Source: the human T2T-CHM13v2.0 reference genome, Homo sapiens. Taken from it: a stretch of 64,000 nt of DNA. A program made the position numbers and the translations under genes. The notes beneath the pieces are model-generated. The model searched no databases. It was not told the origin of the DNA and was given only the letters and a program-made list of their open reading frames with translations. Shown in pieces: positions 17,134-31,029 of this stretch. The stretch lies in NCBI RefSeq assembly GCF_009914755.1, contig NC_060934.1. One strand, written 5' to 3'. Position 1 is the stretch's first letter; every line of letters starts with the position of its first letter.

Positions 17134-17484
17134 ATATATATATAATCTATTTATATATTATTAAATATATTTACATTTTTATATATTATATATTATTAAA
17201 TATATTTATATTTAGATATATTATATATTATTAAATATATTTATATTTAGATATATTATACATTATATATTTACATATATATTTATATATTTTTATATAA
17301 AATTTTAAATTTATAAATATTTATATATAATTATAATATATTTATAACTTTTAAATTTATAAATATTTATTTATATATAATATATAATATATTTATAAAT
17401 GTTAAATTTATAAATATTAAATTTATTTATGTTTATTTATATATAATATATATTTATTTATATATTATGTATATTTATATATAT
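17134..17484. repeat. AT-only low-complexity/(TA)n tract with internal tandem duplications
   Basis: Almost no G/C over 350 nt; recurring units tatattattaaatatattt and taaatttataaatatt. Confidence 0.95.
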
Positions 17485-19304
17485 GGAAAACACATTTTAA
17501 CTAGCTTCTGCACTCTCTCTTTTATCACTTTTTTACTTAGATTTAGAACAATGTGAATAGTTCATGAGCTCAAATGTTCTCCCAAGTTCAGTTAATAACA
17601 CCAGCTTGAGGTTGCTGCACACTTAATGAAATGTGCTAATATTTAATAAAACTAATATTAATAATTACCTCATAGACCCTCCACTCTTTCTCTTTTTCAT
17701 AATAAGCAAATCTCCTCTTTTTATAAGGCTCACATTGGAGGGTTTATGCCATATTTATTTTAATACACCGACTTTGTGAAGATATCCTGAGTTCTAGAAT
17801 TTTTTACATCAACATTTTTCAGATTGATTTGTCATGAATGTTATTCCCTGTCCATCTTTTTTTCATCTGTAACTGTTTATTAGGACTTGTTATGTACCAG
17901 ACATTTTGCTAGCAACTTTATAAGCAGTATCCCATGTAATCCTCAAAATACTCTATGAGGAATTTTTGTTATTTATTCTCCTTTACAGGCAAGGGAATCT
18001 AAATCTCAGGGAAGTTCATTACCTGTTCCAGTGTTACAGAGGAGAAAGGTGATGGAACTGGGATGTTAGTTGCATCCAGGCAATCCCACATCAGCTCTCA
18101 CTTTTAATCTCTTCCCAACTTTGTCTCTCTCTATTTCTTTTCAGCTGTTAATGATTTCATATGTATGATTGATTTTGCCTGACTGAGCCAAACTATATTA
18201 GCATGTTATTAGATTAGAATAACTTAATCTCTTTACTTGGAGAAAAAAAAAACAAATCAATTAAACAACTGCACTGATGAGACAGAGGAACTGTTTTAGG
18301 CATAATGTAGTCTAGAAGTTTTTTAAGTGTGATCAACAGACCAACAGCATCCACATCATACATAAATGTATTAGAAATGCAAATTCTTGGGTACCATTCC
18401 AGCATGAATGAATCAGAAACTAAGGAAACAGCAATCTGTCTTTTAACACATATTTTAAGTGAATTTTAAATTCTAAAATATATTAACCACTGCCATAATA
18501 AAGGGGTCAGCAAATTAATGAACATGAGTCAAGCTTAGGCACCTCCTATTTGTTTGCTTTTTAAAATTTCAATATGATATACATACATCATTTAAAAATT
18601 TTTAAGTGTATAATTCTATGGTAGTAATTACATGCAAAATGTATAAACATCAGCAACCTCACGTTCTTTTCTTTGTTCTATGCCAGGTCACGAGTCAGAC
18701 ACAGGGTGAGCAGGAATCAGTGGCCTAGCTTTCACTCACAGGGGCCTGCAGTTTGGTTATTACCAAGCCTCCCAAAAGGACCTGATACATTGGTTTTTGG
18801 ATCACATGGTGGCTGCAGATGTGCTCAGTGGGGTGTCCAGGAGAGGCTGGGTTTAAGACAGTTCCCACATGCTGGCTGTAGCATTTGGGGCAGGACACTT
18901 AATAGCTTTGACTCTGTTTTCTCATGTTTGAACTGGGATTACACCTTCCTGGTGGGTTTGCTGAGAAGATGGGAAGATGTCCATATCTTCCTATATGTAT
19001 ATCTAAGGTGCCCATCACATGGCTAGAGCTTAATAAGGGATAGCTGGCCTTATGAACTTCTTTTGAGCCTACGCATTCATAGTTGGGTCACGTAAGCTCT
19101 ATCTAGGTTTCTAAATCCCATGTAGAATCTTCCCTTTCTCTAATCTAAATGTAACATCTTTCAGGAGGAGCTAAATTCATATTGTACCCGAGCAGCTATA
19201 AACGATCACTCTGTCACTGGAGGAAAACGCTGTGCCCACATAGAGATGCCACCAAGAAACCAGCCTTTTTAAGCTGTTGACTTTTTCTTGGCTTGTTTTT
19301 ATAG

Positions 19305-19510
19305 GTGTTGGTGGAAATAACCCAGATGAAGAAAAGAATAGCACAGCCAATTCTGGGGTCTCCTCTACAGACATCCTGAGCTTCGGGTACCAGGGAAGTT
19401 TGTTGTCACACACACAAGACCAGGACAGAAATACTGAAGAACTAGACATGGCTGGGGTGCAGAGCTTAGTGCCCAGGCTGAGACATCAGCTTTCCTTTCT
19501 GCCGTTAAAG
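19305..19510 (+). CDS. FRMPD2B: FRMPD2B exon (PDZ1-PDZ2 linker; [18 protein letters not shown]), phase 1 to 0
   Basis: Acceptor ttgtttttatag|G, donor AAG|gtaatc; open frame; 206 nt. Confidence 0.93.
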
Positions 19511-20600
19511 GTAATCATCCCTTGGTTTACTTTCTAGATCTGGATGAAAGAGAACAGACTGTGAAGCCCAACAGCCTGGCCCCTAGGCCCTTCCTGTTCT
19601 CTGTTTTCCATGTCAGGTGGATGGAAGTTACTTAGCCCGTTTGAGCCACAGCTTCCTCATTTGCATACAGAAGCAAATGCCTGCATGGCATGGTTGTTGA
19701 GAAAAACGCATAGAAGAAGGCAGAGTTCTAGGACAGTGTCTGGGCACAGGCTCAGTGTGGGTGCCTCTGGAGTCTTTAGTCACTAATTATAATTGTTGTG
19801 ATAATAGCACCATGAGGAAATTGATTGCTGCCAATGGCAAGGCGTGGGCAATCAGGCACCTCCTATTCTTGTCCTTGAATTGGTCCTCAAGCTGGGAACT
19901 CAGTGGCTTTGCTCTTGACCATACCCCATGGAGGAAGAAGATGGGATCTGGAGTAGGTGTATGGAGGGCTGTGTGCTTCAGTCCCAGCTCTGCTGTCCTC
20001 TGCCGTCTCTTTGGACTCCCAGTGGTGTTGTCTTCTCAGGCCCCGCCAGACCCATGCCCCAGCCTCTCCATTCTGCTCTGGGCCCTGCACAGCTGGTGCT
20101 CATGGACTGAGTCACCTTGCTGTGTTCTGCTTGGTTCTGCCCAGTCAAAGCCTCAGCAGGAGCCCGCAGTTGTGGGATGAGTGAGGACAGGGTGGCAGTG
20201 CTGGAGTCTCAGTTGCACACCCTTCATTCCACTCTCTCCCTGTGCTGACACAGGTTGCCTGTGCCCCTCTACAAAGAGCACAGCTCCTATGAGGGTCCAT
20301 CGACCACTCCCTTCTCTCGCCCTTCAGGCTCAGGGGTGGTCACAGCACCCAGTGTTTCTAGCCCCAGGTGCTGAACTGATATTACTGGTTTCTCCAAAGG
20401 CTGGCAAGACCTTTGAAAACAGGTCTCCCATGACCTATCCTCCCTTACTCAGGCTGAGTGTATGCCCTTCTCATTCTTGCTGGGACAACTTGCTGGTTGA
20501 AACAGGCAGGTTATTGCACCTCTTTCAACCTTGTTTCTCTTTTTATGATGGAGATAATGATGTCTGTCCACAGCCGTGGAAACTAAGGTACTATGCCCAG

Positions 20601-21124
20601 TGTCGGGGATAAAACCCGTATCTTTCTTCTACTCATCTTAGCTTCATCAGCTGGGACCCCTGTAACTAAAGACAGATTAATGAGAGAAAAGCATCCACGT
20701 GTATTTACTATAAGTTTTATGTGACATGTGAGCCTTCTTACGGAAATGACCTGAAGAAACAGTTCTCCCTGAGTATATTTGATGAAGAATGGAGAGTCAT
20801 GGAGAAATGAGATAAGACAAAAAGCAGGAGTATGTAAGGTGGGAGGAACTCAGCAGGGCCTGCTTGTTCAGATTCCTCTCTCAGTCCCTGTGTCTTCCCA
20901 CATAAGATGCTCCATTTTTCCAGATATAGGGAGGGCATTCTCACTTGAGGGTCTTGTGCCCTGCTTCGGGGGAAGATTAGAAAATCCTTCCTAGGTTTTA
21001 GGGCCTGCTTCAGAAGAGAAGGGCAGGGGAAGGTCAGAGAAACCTTCCCTCATGTGCTGTTTCTCCAATTCCTCCAATGTGCCAAGGTGCCCTATTTTGG
21101 GGTAGTGTGTCTTGACCTCTGTCA
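20601..21124 (-). mobile_element. MER31-family solo LTR (ERV1)
   Basis: Reverse complement starts tgacagaggtcaagacacactaccccaaaataggcaccttggca; TG..CA ends. Confidence 0.75.
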
Positions 21125-22161
21125 CAAGGATCTGGCATGCAATAGGGCTCCATGAATGACAGTGCCTTCCTAATTGGCCATGGTGCTCACCTGGACAGAA
21201 CATCCCATGAGGAACTGGATGCAGGAGGCCAGTGGAAGAACAACGATAGTAGCTGCCATTAATTGAGTGCTTACCTGTGTGCCAGGCAGTGTCCTGAGCA
21301 CTTTATATGTATTAGCTCATGGAAGCTCCATGGTAACCCAATGAGATCATTCCTATTATCAACCCCTTTTATGGGTGGGGTACCTGAGACAGAAAGAGCA
21401 AAGGAGCACACCCAAGCTCTCTCAGGGAGCAGGGGACAGAGCTGGGATTCAGATTGGCCTCCAGAGCAGAAACCTTCACCCCAGGCCTTCCTCTGGTAGG
21501 TCCTCTCTGGCAGGAAGCAGAGCAGAGAGGCCTTCATGCTGGGGCTTCTTTGGTGGCAAACCTGAGAGTTGGTTTCCTGGGGCTGGGGGCCGTTGAGGGG
21601 AGCAAGGGAGCTCTAAGGCCACGTTGACCATGGTGCAGGCTGTAGGACGCAACCCAGATGCTGCAGGCTCTTCTGGGTCTCTTGGCCAACTTTGTGGCCA
21701 GATGATCCTCTGTGGTATGGTGGACTTTAGATTCTCACTTCAGGTCTCAACCTCAGCAGTTGAGGCTTCGTTGTTCAGCTTCCTCCAGCTTGTTTATTTT
21801 CCTGCGTGTCGTTAGAATTTTCTAACATTCATGGTGATTAGAAAGCACTAAGTAAAGGGGGCAGATAGGACAAAAGACCCCATCTTCTAGGCAGAGGGAC
21901 AGCGGAACATGAACAGTGACCCAAGCATTCTCTGCCTAGAAGTGGCATCAGCCCAGCCCATCACTCCCTCATCTTCCTCCTGCTTTGTCTGAGGTCACAT
22001 GCAGAAGGCCTGATAAAGCTGGAAATGAATCCCCTGCTGGCCCAGTCCAAAACTCATGATCTTTCTGAGGTGCAATGCTGCCTGCTCCTGAGAGCAGTAT
22101 GAGCCAAGAGGTGACATCTTCCTTCATCCCATCTTTATTTTTGTTTGTTTGTTTATGGCAG

Positions 22162-22266
22162 GGTGCTGGTTCTTCTTGTCCTCCATCACCTCCAGAAATC
22201 AGTGCTGGTGAAATCTACTTTGTGGAACTGGTTAAAGAAGATGGGACACTTGGATTCAGCGTAACT
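22162..22266 (+). CDS. FRMPD2B: FRMPD2B exon, start of PDZ2 ([35 protein letters not shown]), phase 0 to 0
   Basis: Acceptor gtttatggcag|G, donor ACT|gtaaga; 105 nt; TLGF carboxylate-binding loop. Confidence 0.95.
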
Positions 22267-22692
22267 GTAAGAGTTTTTAGGAGAGCTTGAAAAGCAGTTA
22301 ACAAGATGTCCGTCTAGAACCTGGTGGCCATTCCACCCAGATGGCAACCTCTGACAGTGTGCTTAGTTTGCACAAATGTAAGGGGTAAATAAAAAAGCAA
22401 ATGGGGGCCTGCACTGGGGGATGAGTTCAGAGACAAACAGAGGTACTGGGGAACCTCAGGATGAGCAGGGCATGCACTAGGGGACTCCAAACTCATGAGG
22501 AGGCAGTGTGGGCAGAGTTGGCTGATGTGTCCTGACTCTGAGGTCAAGCTGGACTGCAGAGAGAGAGAAGCACATTGGGGCTTCAGGGACACAAGCTAAA
22601 GGTAAGAAGGGCAGTCCACTGTCATCTGGCCAAGGATGGGTGGGGCAGTCCACTGTCATCCAGCATAGAATCAGTGTGGAGCCTCTGGCTCA

Positions 22693-23250
<558 letters not shown>

Positions 23251-24379
23251 TCAGGAATGTCATTGTTGGATTTAACTGTTGATGGGAAATAGAATGGCAT
23301 CTCCCACCAAAGTAAGGACACTCTATGGCTGATGAAAATTTTCAGAGGAAATTCAAGAGATATGTGAATGGAGGGCATTCTTTGCTTTCCCCTGTGATAA
23401 TGCTATGTACCTAGAGCAAGGATATGTGTTTTCTTGGACCCTAAGCCTGCAATGAATTTGTCATCAGTAGATGATTTTAAGGGACCAAGTAAGAAACCAA
23501 GCAATAAGGCTCATGAATCCACATGGAGTGAACAGGCTGATACCAAATATGGTCCATTTATTCTTGGCTTGGGGTAACAGCCTTATCAGACACCAAACAT
23601 AGCTATTTTTCATCTGAAAAACTGACTAAATTTTGGGTTATTCACAAATATATATTTGCTGAGAAGAGTTTGATGATTTCCTTTGGCTGGCAAAAACTTG
23701 GATTTTCTTTGCAGATATTTAATTTCAAAAATAATTCTTGAAATGTCTCACTCAAATCCAAATGGCCATTAAACACATGAAAAACACTCAAACCCGTGAA
23801 AAGCCACAGGAATACAAATTAAATTAAAATAAAATTTTAAACTTTATGTCTACCAGCTTGGCCAAATACAGCTGGTGGAACGTAGAAAAATGGTACTGTC
23901 ATACAAAGCTGGTAGAAATGTGAATAAGTATATCCATATTCACATAGGGATGCAATCTGGCAACATCTATTATAATGAAAAATGCACATATCCTTTGGCC
24001 CATCAAAGCACACAAGACGTGCCAGGCACAAGCCTTCAGGCCCACAGCCATATCCACCTACGCTGGTCACTACCTATATAGAGATAGTGGTGCATCCCAC
24101 GTGAGCAGTTGCTGAGCACCCGCCTTGTACCAGTGCTTGGGCTGGGGACATGCCCAGATCTCTCACATAGTTGCTATTGTTAAGCTTATGAACACCTAAT
24201 CTTATTGCTCAGTGGAGAATACAATCTAAACAAACAGGTGAATACAGAAGACAGTGCCAGTCGGAGGTAAGGTCATGGGATAGAGTGGTGGGCAGGTGGG
24301 GATTCCCTTAGCTGGGGAGGTTGGGGAGGCTTCCTGGAGGAGGAAAGATGGGTGGTGAGTTTTTTGTTGTGTTTTTCAG

Positions 24380-24473
24380 GGTGGCGTTAACACCAGTGTG
24401 CCATATGGTGGTATCTATGTGAAATCCATTGTTCCTGGAGGACCAGCTGCCAAGGAAGGGCAGATCCTACAGG
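24380..24473 (+). CDS. FRMPD2B: FRMPD2B exon, PDZ2 middle ([32 protein letters not shown]), phase 0 to 1
   Basis: Acceptor gtgtttttcag|G, donor CAGG|gtgaga; 94 nt. Confidence 0.95.
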
Positions 24474-24997
24474 GTGAGAGATGGGGATGGGTCCTCATTG
24501 GGAACTCTGTGCTCCATGGTGTAAAGAGCCCTGCACTGGGAGGGGCAGCCTCTAGGCCTTGCCCTGCTCCCATTCTGAAAACTCATGCAAATGATTGCCT
24601 CCCCAGGTCATACTTTTCTCACCTGGAAAGGAGGTGATAGAATCTGCCCTGCCCATTTGATAGGTTGGGGGGTCTGCAGTGGCACACTGGGAAGCATAGG
24701 TGATAGAAAAATAGTAGAAGACTTAAAAGACTTGTGTTGCTCTTTGGCCTCCATGGGAAAACATACTGCTTCCCTTGGAGGACAAGTGGGCCTCGGTAAA
24801 CTCACTCGCACATCCGGGGAGGACACCTGAGCCTTCTGTTTGCCCTTGCTCAGCTCCCACTTCTCTGATGGAAGGGGGTGATTTTTATTGGTCTCCAAAA
24901 CTGCCAGAATTGAGCCAAAAGGGGAACCTAGGATCTTACTTATCTCCATTTCCCCTAGAATTCTGGTGTCCCCAGCGTCAACCATGCCTCCCTGACC

Positions 24998-25295
24998 TTT
25001 TTTTTTTTTTTTTTTGAGACGGAGTCTCGCTGTCGCCCAGGCTGGAGTGCAGTGGCGCAATCTCGGCTCACTGCAGGCTCCGCCCCCTGGGGTTCACGCC
25101 ATTCTCCTGCCTCAGCCTCCCGAGTAGCTGGGACTACAGGCGCCAGCCACCTCGCCCGGCTAATTTTTTGTATTTTTAGTAGAGACGGGGTTTCACCGTG
25201 TTAGCCAGGATGGTCTCGATCTCCTGACCTCGTGATCCGCCCGCCTCGGCCTCCCAAAGTGCTGGGATTACAGGCGTGAGCCACCGCGCCCGGCC
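24998..25295 (-). mobile_element. Young AluY of the Yh-type lineage
   Basis: gagtctcgctgtcgccc (2-nt deletion), ctgcaggctccgccccctggggttcacg and ccacctcgcccggc variants; CpGs largely intact; TSD gaccttttttt. Confidence 0.85.
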
Positions 25296-25665
25296 GACCT
25301 TTTTTTGAAATAAAAAAAATACATCCTGGAGATATAAATATCTAAGTGACTTGAAAATACTTTCAAAAACGGTTTCACAGGAAAACAGGAGGAAGGATAA
25401 GGTTGAACAGAGCTGGCTCAACCATTCTGTGAGCCAATAATAGAAAGGCTTTTATATCCCTGATCTGTGATGTGCCTGAGAAGAAGGGAGTGAGACTGCT
25501 CAGAGAGGCAGGATTCCTGCTGACTCCAGGGGGACACCTGGCACCTCAGCTTCCTTTCCCACTTCTCCAGGCTGCATGGAGGGGTGCCGGGCAGGGGCCT
25601 CCTGGAAGGGAACCTCCTGCAGCCTCAAGCACCAGGTCATGACATGACATCTATCCCTTTCCCAG

Positions 25666-25751
25666 GTGACCGACTCCTGCAGGTGGATGGAGTGATTCTG
25701 TGCGGCCTCACCCACAAGCAGGCTGTGCAGTGCCTGAAGGGTCCTGGGCAG
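25666..25751 (+). CDS. FRMPD2B: FRMPD2B exon, PDZ2 ([28 protein letters not shown]), phase 1 to 0; extends 5' to an in-frame ATG at 25644 in the short isoform
   Basis: Acceptor cccttttcccag-like ctttcccag|G, donor CAG|gtgagt; 86 nt. Confidence 0.95.
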
Positions 25752-27528
25752 GTGAGTGGACTGTTGCTGACCAGCTTCCCCTCCTTCCGGAACTTTCCTG
25801 AACAACATCAGAAGCTGAAATCGCCTCTGGGTGGGAGGGAGGCAGGCAGGAAACAAGACTTTTTCTTTGTTAGTTTTTTTTTTTCTCTTCCATTTCTTCT
25901 TACCCTCACTTTTCTATGGGGATGTGAAACCCAGGAGATAGCAGATAGATGTTTCTGAGTAAAAAAAATCTCACCCCCCATAGATAGCCTTAGAAACTTA
26001 CTGGTGGCTTGCCTGAATTCTGGAATCAGACAGCGGAATGGAGAAGATGGAGTGAAGAGACTGCTCTAGCCTGGCTCTGGCTGCCCCAGCCCCGCTGGCC
26101 CTGTGTCCATGGGCCTTCTTACCTCCCTACGTTTGCATGGGATGACCCCACTCCATTCCCTGTTCATGCCATTCCCCCTCACCCTGTGTTGTACCCACCG
26201 GGGCGTGGGTCAGAGTGTCCTGGGATTCTTTTCCTCACAATGAGGTAGGAATTCAGGGTGCCAAAAGCAGAGCCATTCATCCTTTATGTCCCCTTTATTC
26301 CCTGCCCCGCAGTGACTCGATGTTATCCCACTGTGCCGAGTCCTCTGCCTGAGGTTAGGAGCCTCTAACTGCCTCTGTGTCCTGAGCCACAGAGCTGGCA
26401 TCACCCTCTTTTGGCAACTAAAAAGTCAACAGAGACAGGAGGGATTCCTGAAGGCCCTTCCAGCAAGCTTGGGGCAATGTTCTGGCCACTTTTCGCTTTC
26501 TTTCCCAAAGCGTTTTTCTGGTGTCTGGTGAAATTTGCTTATATTAGTGACTTTGGTTGACCTATCTTGAGAACAGAGCCATAATTTATTGGCACCTTCT
26601 GATATTTAGACCTTTGCTAATGAGCATGGGTAGAGAGGGTACTTGGCTGGCCTCTTGGCAGCTTAAGCAGGTAGGAATTGTCCCTCTGGGATCCTGGGCC
26701 AGGTGCTGAGTGACAGGTGCAACAGGAAGATGAAGGCAGGGCCACATGCCCTGAATGGGAGCTTGGCATTTCTGAGAAGCTTCCAGGTGATGTCTATCTG
26801 CTGGTTCTTGAATCACACTTAGGGCGACAAGGGTATATGGTGTTGTGGGGAGAAATGTGGGAAATCACATTGGAAAGAAAGGGGAGGGCAGGTGGTACAG
26901 ACCTGGGGTGCCATGGGTTTGGGTCTTAGGTGATGGGAAGCATTGGAGACTTCAAATCAAGAATGTTGCATGTTCAGTTTTTGTCTTAGACCAATTCACT
27001 GGCAGCCATGATGGGGTGGACCAAGAAGGGTGCAGACAGGGTCCAGCGAGCCAAGGTAACCAGAGCTTGCCACGGCCCAGCGGGTCACTGGCAGTGAGAG
27101 AGGAGGTGGAGGGGAGGGGGCACTGAGGAGCTGTTCTTGATGGGGAATGTTCACATCTTAGAAACCAGATGGGGGAGAGCTGGACCATTCCAAATGTGGC
27201 CCTTGGCAGGTTAATGGTGGGGTGAGCCAATGCGAGGGGAGGAGTGTTTTAGGAAGAATGAGGAGGGGAAGTGAGGGTGAGTGAGGGGAGGAAGATGAGT
27301 GTGGCACTGCATGTGTGAAGTGGAGGTACATGTGTTGCTTTCAGGTGCACTTGTCTAATAAGCACTGAGAAATCTGGGTCTAGATCCCAATATATAGGCT
27401 AGTTGAGAGATTCAAATGAGTCTGCTTATAGGAAGGATTCGAAAATTAAGAAGCATTTGCAGAGTCAAGGGAGTGCCTCCTGGTTGCCATATGAAGTGTA
27501 AACTGAGTTTGTTCACCTTTCCTTCTAG

Positions 27529-27676
27529 GTTGCAAGACTGGTCTTAGAGAGAAGAGTCCCCAGGAGTACACAGCAGTGTCCTTCTGCTAATGACAGCATG
27601 GGAGATGAACGCACGGCTGTTTCCTTGGTAACAGCCTTGCCTGGCAGGCCTTCGAGCTGTGTCTCGGTGACAGATG
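27529..27676 (+). CDS. FRMPD2B: FRMPD2B exon ([25 protein letters not shown]), phase 0 to 1
   Basis: Acceptor cctttccttctag|G, donor GATG|gtgaga; 148 nt. Confidence 0.94.
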
Positions 27677-28887
27677 GTGAGAGGGGAGAGAATTGAGTGT
27701 TACTATTGTCATGTTATTGTGTGCCGCTTTTGAATTGTCAAGTCAAAAGGGAAAGGCAGGAAGGCTTCCTCTGGGTCCTGAAAAGAAAGCGAGCCATGGT
27801 GATCATGCTGAGATCGGCTTTTTCATGCCATGGAAGCCCATCTCATGGAATAGGTTTCTGGAAACAAATGCATTTTCCCCAAATGATTTCTAGGCATCTT
27901 TCTGCCCCCAGCCTTCCTCAGTCCTTTGATCAGCTGCCAGAATGTTAATGTTTGTGTGAATATTTAGGATGAAATTGACTGAAAGGGTCATACACTTTCA
28001 GATACATTTGGCTTCACAGTCCAGCCAAGTCATTTGTAACAAAGTTATTTGAGGAATGACTAGGCAGGTTGGGAGAGAAGGTTCAGGAATCTAGCCTTGT
28101 TATTAGCATCATTTTAAAAGGCAAATGAACGATCATTTAGAGGGACAAAACTGCACGTTTTCCGATGGGCTGCCCATCTGCAATTCCCTTGTGATTTTGG
28201 TATTTGCCAGGAACACGCTGATTTCCTCAGTAAGAACGATTTGGACCTTAGCCATGTTTTAGTCCCTTCATAGAGATTTTCTGATTTTGCTGCAGAAGAC
28301 TCAAGCCAGCCATAGGGTAGGGGTGGGGCAAAGGGGCATGCTTCTGTTTAAATCAAGTCTCCTCTGTCCTCACCCCTTTGCTCACTCCCTTGGGGCCTTT
28401 GAGAAATGGACTCCAAAGAGTGGAGGAGGCCTTAGGGCGATGGTAGAACTGGTCGTGTGACACACCTTCACATAATTGCTTCACATAATTGCTTCACATG
28501 CTTCCATTCTTGCCCTGGTGAAGTTTGCAAGCTGTGCTCTGTCCCTCTGTGCATTGATGCCAGCGGGGCAGCCCAGAGGCCTCTTTGGTGGACAGACCAT
28601 GTAGGTTGCCAGCTCTGTTCATCCTTGGTGCCCAGAGGCAACTGTTTTGTCTTATGGTCAGCCTACATGGGTAAACAAAATGGCAGCTAAAGCATTGTCC
28701 ATAGAATTGGTCATAATTTTCTCCATGGTCTAATTATTCAAAATTTAGTTTCAAGTATACTACAAATGACTAGAGTTCTAAAGGAGTAATAGGAATGTAT
28801 GTGATACAAGTTTTATTAAATGCCAAGAGCATGTTGTGTATGCCTAGCAGCTATATCTTTATGTATAAACATAGTTGAGTTATCTAT

Positions 28888-29252
28888 AATTGTGCTATTC
28901 AATATGGTAGCCACTTGCCACATGTGGTTATTGAGGACTTGAAATGTGACCAATCTAAATGGATAAAATATGTATTGGATTTTGAAAGCTTAGTTCATAA
29001 GAAGAATAAAAAATATCTCGTTAATAATTTTTTCATATTGATGACATGTTGAAGTGGTAATATTTTAGATATATGGGATTAAATTAGATGTACGATTATA
29101 GCGTATTTAACCTGTTTCCTTTTACTTTTTAAATTGTTTTATTTATTTTTTGTTTGCTTTTTCCTTTTATTTTAATGTAGCTATTTGAAAACTTCAAAAT
29201 GACATTTGTGGTTTGTATTTATAGCTCACATTATATTTTATTGGACAGCACT
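28888..29252. mobile_element. MER3/MER33-like hAT-Charlie element
   Basis: Termini gtgctattcaatatggtagccac.. / ..tattggacagcac. Confidence 0.7.
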
Positions 29253-29413
29253 AATCTATAACATACATAATGTACTCTGTCATAAAATTGGCAAAGGAAT
29301 TATTTGAACGTAAAAGAAATAATTCATCTACTTGACAATCTGCATTTTGAGACTGGTCAATTTCACTTGTAATCTACTGAAGAATTTATTTTTATCAACA
29401 TCCCACACTACAG

Positions 29414-29628
29414 GTCCTAAGTTTGAAGTCAAACTAAAAAAGAATGCCAATGGTTTGGGATTCAGTTTCGTGCAGATGGAGAAAGAGAGCTGCAGCCATC
29501 TCAAAAGTGATCTTGTGAGGATTAAGAGGCTCTTTCCGGGGCAGCCAGCTGAGGAGAATGGGGCCATTGCAGCTGGTGACATTATCCTGGCCGTGAATGG
29601 AAGGTCCACGGAAGGCCTCATCTTCCAG
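29414..29628 (+). CDS. FRMPD2B: FRMPD2B exon, PDZ3 ([32 protein letters not shown]), phase 1 to 0
   Basis: Acceptor cacactacag|G, donor CAG|gtgccg (weak); 215 nt; GLGF motif. Confidence 0.95.
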
Positions 29629-30811
29629 GTGCCGGGGGTCATGGGCAATGCAGCTCTCTGTGCAGGCTGGCCCCAGCTTTGCCTCTTACTAGCCTGCTGC
29701 CGTGGGGAAAACTCTGGGCTCTCAAAAATCACACCAGCAGCCCGGATTTTAATCACACAAAGAGAGTAATTAGTGGTACATGCTCACATTTAATTTAAAA
29801 TCTCTGTTTTTAAATATCTGACCTTGAGTCAGCCTTGCTTCTCACTGGGTTCATGAGAGAAGCTGAAGATAAAGCCCTGGCCTTTGTGCTGGCTGACATC
29901 TCTTCACACACATCCTGGGAGGTGGGCGTGGGGCTGAAGGGACTAGAGTGGGTCCCTTTCTGCTCTCCTTCCCATTTCTCAACACATTTACAGCTTTTCA
30001 TACATTATTACACTGATTGTCCTGTCTATGATAAAAAATGCAATTTAAGAAGAGAGAGTAATGAAATACTGTATATATTAGACAGAGTCCTGGAAGAAAA
30101 TGGAGTCATTTGAGGAACATTTAATAAAGGTGTGGGCAGGTTGTTAGGAAGCTCAAGGGAGCATGTTGTGGCCTAGGGCTAGGATAGGAAGAGTGGGATG
30201 CAGTTACCCCTATCCTGAGGCCAAAGGGGAAGGGAAAGAGCAGTTATTCCACCCCAGGAATGGAGAGCTGTTGGAGGGGACTCACTGGCATGAGCTCTCA
30301 CTTTGGCTGAGGTTGTAGTCGTCCCATGGCAACCTGAAGGGAGGAATTTGGAAGGAGCAATGACCTCCGCTCCTCCCTGTCTCTGGTCTCTTGCCGTGTT
30401 CCCCTAGCTGAGCCCAACAGGAAGCCTCATGCAGCCTTTATAAGTCAGCTCCAGAAACACAAAGCAAGATGGACAAAGGGGGACAGTGGCTCTGGGCAGG
30501 GCTGGGGGGAGGTCTCTAGAACACCATATGCTTGGGTGGGAGGGCATGCCTTCATCCATCCATCTCCTGATCCAAGAACCCTTCTCTGAGAACCACTGCT
30601 GGGCTGGCAACTCTATGAGAGACTGAAGACACAGAGGAAGACAGCTCATGCAGTTTCAGAGCTCATGGACAGAAAACAGCGGTGATGGCAGGAGATATGT
30701 ATCCTGAGAGATGAAAGCCCATGCTGCAGTGCTCACACCAGTGAGCCAGGAAAGAAGTGCACCCCTTGGAAGTCCTGCGTGGCTGAAGCAGGGACTGGGG
30801 AGTGTCTTGAT

Positions 30812-31029
30812 CAGCAGTTCTTAAGCAGAGATTATTTCCTTCTCATGGGATATTTGATTAAGTCCAGAGACATTTGTGATTGTCACAACTGATGAGTGCT
30901 TCTGGCATCAAGTGAGTAGAGATCAGAGATGCTGCTAAACACCCTACAATGCACAGGACAGGCATTCGCATAAGGAATTGTCCAGCCTGAGAGGTCAACA
31001 GTGCCAAGAGTTTGAGAAATCCTGGTCTA
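30812..31029 (+). mobile_element. MER20 (hAT-Charlie)
   Basis: ..gattgtcacaactg..ctggcatcaagtgagtagag..gatgctgctaaacaccctacaatgcacaggacag..tgagaaatcctg. Confidence 0.8.

Noticed and set aside
28467-28505. Short tandem ttcacataattgc x2-3 (and a 17-nt duplicate near 22610/22643)
   Set aside because: Ordinary slippage duplications; no spacer-repeat architecture, not CRISPR-like
30321-30333. RFX X-box-like gtcccatggcaac
   Set aside because: Only one good half-site, in a probable old LTR, with no supporting context
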